The translations under genes were made by a program, and so were the position numbers. A stretch of DNA of 58,931 nucleotides, counting the filler, from Sphacelaria rigidula (lineage: Eukaryota): NCBI GenBank assembly GCA_964200075.2. It is 4 parts of 4 records of this genome, joined end to end, with 100 filler letters (N's around TTAATTAATTAA, not from the genome) between each part and the next. Parts side by side here need not be neighbours in the genome. Positions count along the whole stretch, not along the records: positions 44,275 to 58,931 come from CAXNAA020002119.1; 3 more parts are not named here. One strand, 5' to 3'. Under the pieces are notes generated by a model, which did no database searches, was not told the DNA's origin, and was given only the letters and a program-made list of their open reading frames with translations. Of the stretch, positions 51,301 to 58,931 are shown one piece after another (the first letter of the stretch is position 1; every line of letters starts with the position of its first letter).

Positions 51301-54300
51301 GAAGTTGTGGTACTGTCTTCAAGGGAACATTGCTCCCTTGTCCCGTGCGCGGGCAAGGGTCACAGGCAGAATATAGAAATATCGAGCGACTTGGAGCGAG
51401 AACGTTGAGCCACCAACCCTGAAATATATAACGGATCCTAGAGGGTGCATCTTAGCTGTGTTTCTTCGAGCGTTGATCCATGACTGAGCAAGGATTGATG
51501 ACACGGGTGGCAGGAAAGGGTCCTGCCTGCGTGCCCGATTGGTATCGCGCCCCCCACAATGAATGGTCATTAGACAGCAAGTCTTGAACAAAAAGAAGCC
51601 AGCGGCATGCCGAGGTCCATCGTTTCAACGCACACCGCGCCCTCAGCGCCTCGTGCAACTGAACCCGTGACTTTGACACCGACCTGTGCTACCAACCAAC
51701 ACAGCCTTCAAGTTTCGGCATCATCACCATCACACACGAGGTGCCCCTTGTCTCGGCGCATAACATTCCAAACTACCGCCTCCTTATTATGGAAGGGGAA
51801 CACGACTGCGTTGTGTTGCTCTGAAAACATTTTTCGAATTGGTTCAAGATTCGTTATTATGATTATATATATATATATACGTATGTCTGATACAGTATGG
51901 GACATCCATTGCGTATATGTAACCTTCGAGGGCCCGTGCGCGTAGCGACTGCCGACGCCTCCTGCGCCAGATTTGTAATCCTGGTCTGGTCTGTTCGGAT
52001 GTACCGGATGCCGATGAGATCAGCTGTGTGTGTTTCTCGCATGAAATTTCTACTCAAAGTTGGAGCTCGATCTTCTGTTGTCCGAACGTTACAGGCATGT
52101 ACAGCTTCGGCCACCAGGAGGGAAACTGGAGCTACAACATAATGCGGGACAATCACCAGTACGGGTTAGTTCAGTGCTCGTCGTGTGCTCTGCTAGGTAA
52201 TGTAGGTATGCCACCGTACGTGATGGCGTAATACGCCCGGCCAGTGGTGAGACCTACAACCTGGAGAGTCTTCGAAACCAATACCTGCTCTCTTCCAAGA
52301 CATGCTGTCGTGCTGCTGACTTCAAGGAAGTGCCGCGAATGACCGAATTCCCGGTGCCGTGGCCGATACAGTTTCCCCGAACGTCCAGTAGCATATGAAT
52401 GTAACTGAAGGGTGCATCAGGTCTCACGTGACAAGTTCCAGCGCCAATGGTTTCTTACTCTGGGGTGGCTAACCCGCCAAAATCGCGACGTCGAGGAGAC
52501 TTCATCCAGAGGTTTATTTTTGAAGTTTGTAAAGTTCACCTGAGAGTTTGCACAGTTTTGTGTGCATTATCGGGCTTTCGTTCGTTATTGTAGCAATTTT
52601 ACGCCTCCAGCGAATTATTGTTTCAATTCGTCCACTCATCGTGTATTCACAGTCGGGTGTGATTGCAGCACTTCCGTTTGAGCGTAATGATTGACATTCT
52701 AAGGCACAGAGTAACTAACAAAACGCCACCATTTTTTATGAACACGTTGGGTAGTGTACCGTTGTGAAGATGGACATGAACATTGTTGCACTCTTCATTG
52801 GACCAGCAGCAACCAATCGACTTCAAAAACTGCACATATACATACGCTGCTCTGGCTACTTGATCCTTGCGGCGTCCTTCGTGCTGGCTACAAGGGATGG
52901 CATTATGTTGACGATGTTAATCCCCACGCCCTCATCCAACGACACGCGTGATCAATCTGAGATTTCTCCAAGTTGGATATTCATGCCTTGATGACGTTCT
53001 GACCTCGCACGTTCCCCCCTTTTCGTGTCATCATACTGCTGTGTTTGCATTGCCGTGCCATAATTTTCGGACAATTCCGGGGGGAAACTGCACCGGACGC
53101 CGATCACGGGATGTCAGATTCGACCCCCACGATGACAGCGACCACCTCATCATCTCCCACAACATGGTCTTCAACAACCAGAACCATGGTGGGTATTCCC
53201 CGTTTATCATCGTTTATATTGATGATCTTCTCTCGCTTAGTTGTTGCTTATCGCTCCCAGCAGGCGTCCTTGCCACCACGTGGAACTGTGTAGGCTGGGC
53301 ATGTTGTTGGAGTGGTTTGTCGATGCACTCATTTATTTTTCTGTTTCTGTTCCTTTTTCTTTTTTTTCCTTAGAGCGTGTTTGAGTTTTGTTTTGTCTTG
53401 GGTACGTCTATCAGGAGACCACGGCTGCACCCCAGGGGGGTCAGTTAAAGTGCGACAATAAAAAAAATCAAAATCATCAATCATCATCAATCACTCGTGG
53501 CGCGTCTAGCATGCAACGAATCTCTACATGGTGTCGTTTGTGTGCATAAAATGCAGTACTTCAGCCCCAACCGTGTTCAAAATGCCTTGTTCGTTCGCGT
53601 CGGGGTGACTTCTGCTGCTGCGATTGCCGCGTTGAATGACGGTTGCATGCAGGGATAATCGCCTCCAAGCGCTGCAACAATCTTCAGGTCTTCAACAACG
53701 AGGTGTACAACAATGCAAAAAGCGGTATCTACTTCCACCGTGGCTGCGACAACAGCGCGGCGTTCAGTGAGTTGTTTTCTTCGCGCCACAGTAATGGAAC
53801 CATCACAGCTAAGCTGTTCCTCTCACTTCTCCATCAGTCCTCTACACAAAATTGTTCCATGCACGGAAAACGGGCAAAGCATTGCATGAATATGGACGGG
53901 TTAGCTTGCCACGTTTCCCTTATTCGCTCAGGCGTGAAGTGGGACGGTCTACCGTTGATTTGCAGTCTCGAGTAAATAACCACCAGCATTCTTTCCTTGA
54001 ACGTGAACTGGAGTTTTGGTTTTTGTAAATGATCAATCGTTGCCCACTAGCAATGGTTTCGCGTGATTTTTGTACACCTGCATGATGTCAAATGTCCCCA
54101 CGACCTAGCACTCACCTACTGGAGTGACCGTTGACCGCGAATCCTGTGTTTATATCGCCTGTCGTGTCTACACTAGACTATAAGCCGCAGGGTCGACCGG
54201 TCGTAGCGGAATTGCGCGAACGGGAGTTCTCGTTGTGTCGGCGTCATGTTTGGTGACGGCGGCCGCACGTGGATTATCGTGAAATCTATAGCTCGACCGC

Positions 54301-56986
54301 GACGTCATGAAAACCTGACATCCTTCAGCGTGATTGTGGCACGTCCACGGCCGAGGGCTCCGCGATGTCGTAGATTTCGTCGATTTAGTTTCTGCGAATA
54401 TCGGATGTGTGTACAGGAGTCTACTTAAATCGTAGCCCTGGGAGCTGTTGATGGTCACGTCGACGTGTGGTGTCATGAAGATGCATAAGCCCAACCCTGA
54501 CCCTGCTATGAATAAGCCTAACCCAAATCCATGAAAATAATTTCCCGTAGGTCTGGGATTTTTGCACGAGTCGATATATTCAACGTGGGTTCCAAAGTCG
54601 TCATCGGAACCGTTTATATATTTACGATCCGCTTTTTGTTCAGCAAAACAGTGTCTTCGCCGCTTGGGTTCCCTGTGGTGAAAAATATCCTAGCGGCCCG
54701 TATTTGTGCGATCTGGCGAATCAAGCTTTGCTGCGTTGATAGATTCAATTTAAATCGAACAACTTAACTCAGGTCAATACGAGTTCACTATTTTTTGCGT
54801 ACCTCACCAGTGAGTTGTAGCAGCATCGCTCAGCGGTGCCCTTTCTGGACGCGTGAGTTACAAGCTGTAACTCAGCGATGCATAATTTGGTTAAGTGAGT
54901 TGTAAACTATAACTCAGCGGTGCACATTCTGGACGGATGAGTAAACTATAACTCATCGATGCAAAATTTGGTTAAGTAAGTTCTACAAGAGTACAACTCA
55001 GCGATGCACATTCTGGCTAGGTTAGTCACAGAGCATAACTCAGCGGTACACAGTCTGGCAGGATGAGTTACACAGCATGACTGAATTAACCCATGAATTG
55101 TCCGACGTGTGTGTAAAGTTGTTTTATTTTCTCTATTCCAATGAGAAACAAATCGCCCGGGGGAGGGCAGGGTTTATAAACAACTGTTGAGTTTCTTTCA
55201 TATTCTTGACATCCTCCGTGACTGCATTCATGTTTTGAAACAGGCAACTACGTGCGCGACAACACAGACGCTGGAATATCGATCATGGAGTCTCGCAACT
55301 GCATGGTCTACGATAACGAAGTTGTCAACCACGACACCGGGGTCCGAATCATACTCGGGGGCGAGGACAACAGAGTGTACGACAACATCTTTGAAAACAA
55401 TACTGGCAAGTTGTACATGTTTCGGGTGTTTTATTACTTGTTTTCCGGGACCGGTACTACTGGATCTATTGTAGTCTTTCTCTTGTCCTTCTCACTATGT
55501 TCCTTTCCGTTTTCGCCTTATTTTCACTCTAGTTCAGTAGATTTATCCTCTTGGTGTTCTTTCTTCACCTTTGCCCTTCTTGTGTTTTGTTCCAGTGAGT
55601 GTTTCCCTCTCCTCATGGGTACTCGTATCTTGTGACCACTGCTCGATTCCTCGAGGACCATGGCAGGTATCGCGCGACACCCGGTCAGCCAATCAATCAC
55701 TGACCCACATGATTCAACAGAATTGGTGACCTGTTCGGCGGTTCCCTGCTTCTCTGTAAAACAGTTCATTTCAAGGGGTGCGATACCGCGAGCAATTCGT
55801 CCATTTATATGGAGGGGCATTCTGTTTTGATCTGCCGACCCGTTCAAACTTGGTGCTCGTTGAAATTGTCGCGTAATTCGTAGTCGATTGCCGTTTCATT
55901 CCGCTCCGACACTTGTCAATTCCGGCGACATACTCGACGCCCAGACCACATACATGCAACCTGCCGCGATACTGTGAATAGGTGTTTGGCTTGGTACACA
56001 GGGTTGTCTGAGCTGGTGTGCGTTTCACGACGGGAACTCGTGTATTGTCTTCGCCACTCTAAAGCAGCGATGCCAGTAGTTGTGATTCTGCCCGTGCGCT
56101 CTCTCTCGCCCCACCCCCGCTTCCCCTATATCCATCCACCGACGTTCGTCGCCGCAGAGGGTATGGTGACTTACAAGTCGACTTACGACGTTCCATGGAC
56201 GACAGACGGGCGCCCTTCGGGGAACGAGTTCTATGACAATCATATCTCAGACTCTAAGAATGGGATCAGGTTGAGTAACGGCGACAGGAATATGGTGCGC
56301 GGTAAGTAACGTTTTGATTTACAGGTGTACTCTATTTCACAGTGCAAAAGCTGCTCCTGATTCTGCGTTTCCCCCGTTCCCGTGTCTTCGTCGTTCTGAA
56401 ACCCGGAGAAACGCGCACGGCCCAGTCACAGTAGGATCAAGAGGCTTCCCGCCATAGGTCATCAGACATGTAGGTTTCAAGCCTTGATCCAAATCGCGTG
56501 CTTTGGACATTTGATAAGGGCGACTACAGGAAAAAGAGTGATGCGGTGATTTTCATCAGATTCTGTGTTTGAGTCCCGTTGTCGTGATCCCATGCACGAG
56601 TCGACTGAGGGCTCGGTTCATAGTACGTGCGCCCTTGACCCCCTGTTTCTCGAATGCCGGGCTTGCCACGATCAAGGAATTTCGACTCCGGTGCTGACTT
56701 GTAGTGATCTGTCGCGACTGTAGTTCGTGACCGCGCGACATGATGCTATGCTATCTGCAGCAATATTGTCTTCCTTCGGTGTGGTTCCGGACCCCTTGCT
56801 GCCCGCAACTGTCCCTCCTCCTTTGTTTCAGGCAACACCTTCACGAGGACGGAAACGTTGAAGCTTTTTGATTCACACGACATCACTATAATGAGTAACA
56901 TATACACGGATGGCATCAACGAGACTTGCTTCACAGCGGGTGACTCTACCCTCACCGTTGATTCGGAGGTACCCGATTTATGTTGA
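45250..56986 (+). CDS. Mannuronan C-5-epimerase (alginate-modifying, AlgG-like beta-helix), 12 exons, 5'-partial. Exons 45250-45320, 47421-47743, 48404-48541, 49103-49157, 49628-49701, 50313-50376, 52095-52164, 53118-53188, 53653-53766, 55244-55405, 56158-56301, 56832-56986
   Basis: All 12 exons join in phase to about 479 aa. Brown-algal MC5E motifs: IRY...RLYVE...RGGCITL, NLRAYGGSLSF, VTSWD...GRSYISCVSE, GECRMDII.SEMGYLGY..SESYGLTWKVRGLC, SDIHHMYYG, catalytic YGFDPHDDSD, HGIIASKRCNN. Terminal Cys then TGA at 56984-56986. The signal-peptide exon was not found. Confidence 0.94.
45472..46476. mobile_element. TA-flanked short-TIR non-autonomous element with a ~440-nt internal fold-back, in an MC5E intron
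   Basis: TA|CGGTAGGGGTG ... CACCCCTACCG|TA, with hairpin 45706-46147. Confidence 0.72.
47421..47743 (+). CDS. MC5E exon
   Basis: cagcag|AC VEHEDSSTRGGCITL...NLRAYGGSLSFMFTT|GTAAAT. Confidence 0.92.
48404..48541 (+). CDS. MC5E exon
   Basis: tag|VTSWD...GRSYISCVSE...GECRM|GTGAGA. Confidence 0.92.
49103..49157 (+). CDS. MC5E exon
   Basis: gcag|DIIHSEMGYLGYPASESY G|GTGAGT. Confidence 0.9.
49628..49701 (+). CDS. MC5E exon
   Basis: acag|GC LTWKVRGLCEDKSDPDHPVNENEG|GTGAGT. Confidence 0.9.
50313..50376 (+). CDS. MC5E exon
   Basis: acag|LFDTVNVWGDIKHSDIHHMYY G|GTGAGT. Confidence 0.9.
52095..52164 (+). CDS. MC5E exon
   Basis: acag|GC MYSFGHQEGNWSYNIMRDNHQY GG|GTTAGT. Confidence 0.9.
53118..53188 (+). 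CDS. MC5E catalytic exon (DPHDDSD)
   Basis: tcag|A FDPHDDSDHLIISHNMVFNNQNH G|GTGGGT. Confidence 0.92.
53653..53766 (+). CDS. MC5E exon
   Basis: gcag|GG IIASKRCNNLQVFNNEVYNNAKSGIYFHRGCDNSAAF A|GTGAGT. Confidence 0.92.
54810..55085. repeat. Array of about 7 degenerate ~42-bp units, each with a TGAGTT-loop-AACTCA stem, in an MC5E intron
   Basis: Units start near 54810, 54853, 54895, 54937, 54976, 55021 and 55063. Conserved ACTCAGCG(G/A)TGCA...TGG. Confidence 0.85.
55244..55405 (+). CDS. MC5E exon ending at a GC donor
   Basis: acag|GC NYVRDNTDAGISIMES...NRVYDNIFENNT G|GCAAGT. Confidence 0.88.
56158..56301 (+). CDS. MC5E exon
   Basis: cgcag|AG GMVTYKST...DGRPSGNEFYDNHI...NMVR G|GTAAGT. Confidence 0.9.
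56832..56986 (+). CDS. MC5E terminal exon
   Basis: ttcag|GC NTFTRTETLKLFDS...ETCF...VPDLC TGA. Confidence 0.85.
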
Positions 56987-57994
56987 GCTAGCTACGTTAT
57001 ACCAGCTTCGGAATGCGGTGCAGGCGAGCTGATCACGTCACCCTGGTGTAGGTTTCTTGAAGGTACTTGGAGTCCAATTTGGAGACAAGGAGTCGAGTTT
57101 AGTATCGGGTAGCTGATTTTTCAACAATCGAGTGGATACGATTGTAGTCGGTAAGCACTGCCATTCTCCGTACGTTGTTTTGTGCCGTGTTTTTTTGCGG
57201 ATGTGGCTACGTTTGCTCGTGTTTTGCCTGAACGCACGCCCGAGCAGAGCAAAACGTTTTCTCTCACCGACAGTTCGGCGGTGCAAAAATGGGTTCGCAT
57301 TCGTTTTTCGATCTCATCTGCAAGATGCAGGATTATAATCAATTTCTTTTCGATAGTCGTGTCTATTTATTGCCGGTCGTGCCATGGAGTGCGGCGCGTC
57401 CGCAAAGGACTTCTTTTCGTAGTTCGCGCTTCATGTGGTCTCGTATCTTTCTAGTGTATCTATCTCCTTCGTGGTCAAGCTAGAGGATGGGTTATGCCCT
57501 GGATAACGGCCATGTTGCGGTTCCGTGAGCGTTGCTGGGCGGGTGGGCATAGGAAGGACGAATAATGACGAAAGCTGAGGGAGGGGGGCCTTCGTAGTCA
57601 TTGTTTCGGGGGGCTATCGTACAAAGCCCCGTGGACACTTTGATACACTCTCGAAACACCTTCCGAAGGTAGTGACTCTCTGGCGACCCTGTAAAGGTCC
57701 AGAACCCAACCCCCTGTAGCGACCCTCTACACACCCTCTACAATGTGCCGCTTTCATGTATCCTGCGGCGACAGCAAAATATCCACTTGTTGAGCGTCTT
57801 TGTTATGATATGTGGGCACCTCTACTTTCTGCGATCATTTGCTCGTCCTGTGTAAGGCAGATCATTGGCAAGGGAATGAGTGGCTCATGTCATGTTCCCC
57901 GTAAGGGCTGTATTACATGTTTGTCACGCGATTTGGTTTTGACCGTCACACCTTTGTTGCACGTTTGGTACAAGAAGCCGTTGTTGCCTATTTT

Positions 57995-58343
57995 CAGTGA
58001 TTTCATTTCACCACCGTGCACAAAATAATCCCTCGAAATACTAACCGTGAAATAACACCGCAAAATTAAAAGCTGCAGAGTAACACGGGATATTTCAAGT
58101 TGCGGGTGTTTTTTCTTTTCAAGGATGAACAAGGCCGCACATCACGGCCGGAGAGTGCATTTGTGTATTTCTTTTTCGAAAACATTTCGATGCGTATGAA
58201 ACTTCCCAAGATTTATCCTCTATGGAAAAATCCATCCCCAATCTATAAAATCCCGTGTTACTGTGCAAAATGAAAAGTTGCAGTGGTATTTTACGTTTAA
58301 TATTTCGAGGGATTATTTTGCGCACGGTGAAATGAAGTCACTG
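57995..58343. mobile_element. MITE with ~100-bp imperfect terminal inverted repeats
   Basis: CAGTGATTTCATTTCAC...AAAATAATCCCTCGAAATA...GTAACACGGGA mirrored by TCCCGTGTTAC...TATTTCGAGGGATTATTTT...GTGAAATGAAGTCACTG. Confidence 0.75.
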
Positions 58344-58673
58344 GTAAGATTTTTGATTGAGCATGGGTGCAGGGCTACCTTGCGAGCATCCCCATACATG
58401 GTGACTGTAGATTGTTGTGTGACATAGACTGTGTTAAAGACGAAGATCGAATTTCACGTAGACAACAGAGTCTAATTACCATGTGCACGGCACGTTTTTG
58501 AAAATTTCGAGTATTGGAGGATTGAGTGTGCCCTCGGATGTCATCATCGGAATTGAGGAGTCTGAAAAGAGTCTCAACGGTGCATTTGTTGTTGTTTATC
58601 TTCGTGATTTGTCATTGTTTCAAGGAAGATTGGGGAACCGGTGAATAGTTGAGATTGTTTTCCCTACATAAAA

Positions 58674-58863
58674 GGTCACCCCGGTGGCTCAGTTGGTATC
58701 CTCGAAAACTTCTGATGGTTGGTTTGTGGGTTCAAATATCCGAGCGATCTGGGATTTTTCTCACACCATGCCAAGGACGGTATTGGAAAGGCGAGCCTAC
58801 GTCTGTGACTACGGGTTAGCGAGATCGGACTAATGTGCGGAAATAATAATGAATAATAAATAA
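58674..58863 (+). mobile_element. tRNA-derived SINE-like element
   Basis: GGTCACCCCGGTGGCTCAGTTGG (A-box) ... CTTCTGATGGTTGG..GTGGGTTCAAAT (B-box), with an (AAT)n tail and no cloverleaf. Confidence 0.65.
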
Positions 58864-58931
58864 CAGGGTTGCCAGAAAAATGAGAACGTATTTTGAAATG
58901 AGAATCAACCGCTCCCCGGGATTGTGTTCAT

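Noticed and set aside
54810..55085. CRISPR array
   Set aside because: Eukaryotic intron, degenerate repeats, variable parts only 5-10 nt and related to each other, and no cas genes.

Overview
Eukaryotic, intron-rich nuclear DNA, almost certainly from a brown alga (Phaeophyceae), based on a mannuronan C-5-epimerase gene and an ASAFAP-type plastid-targeted psbU. The window is not one locus. It is four contigs of 14,658, 14,658, 14,658 and 14,657 bp joined by identical 100-bp N-TTAATTAATTAA-N spacers, so adjacency across spacers is artificial. Contig 1 carries the first five exons of UTP25/DIEXF (+, 3'-truncated). Contig 2 carries the last two exons of a gamma-proteobacterial-like ribulose-phosphate 3-epimerase with a GC-AG intron, followed by about 13.6 kb with no recognisable gene. 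Contig 3 carries a complete four-exon psbU (-). Contig 4 carries 12 exons of a mannuronan C-5-epimerase (+, 5'-truncated, one GC-AG intron). Introns and intergenic DNA hold many non-autonomous elements: TA-flanked short-TIR elements with long internal fold-backs, a tandem trimer of TTAA-flanked piggyBac-like MITEs, CAC-ended elements rich in CCTCC/GGAGG, tRNA-derived SINEs, a LINE reverse transcriptase fragment, and a ~42-bp stem-loop array. All calls were made by eye, with no database searches.
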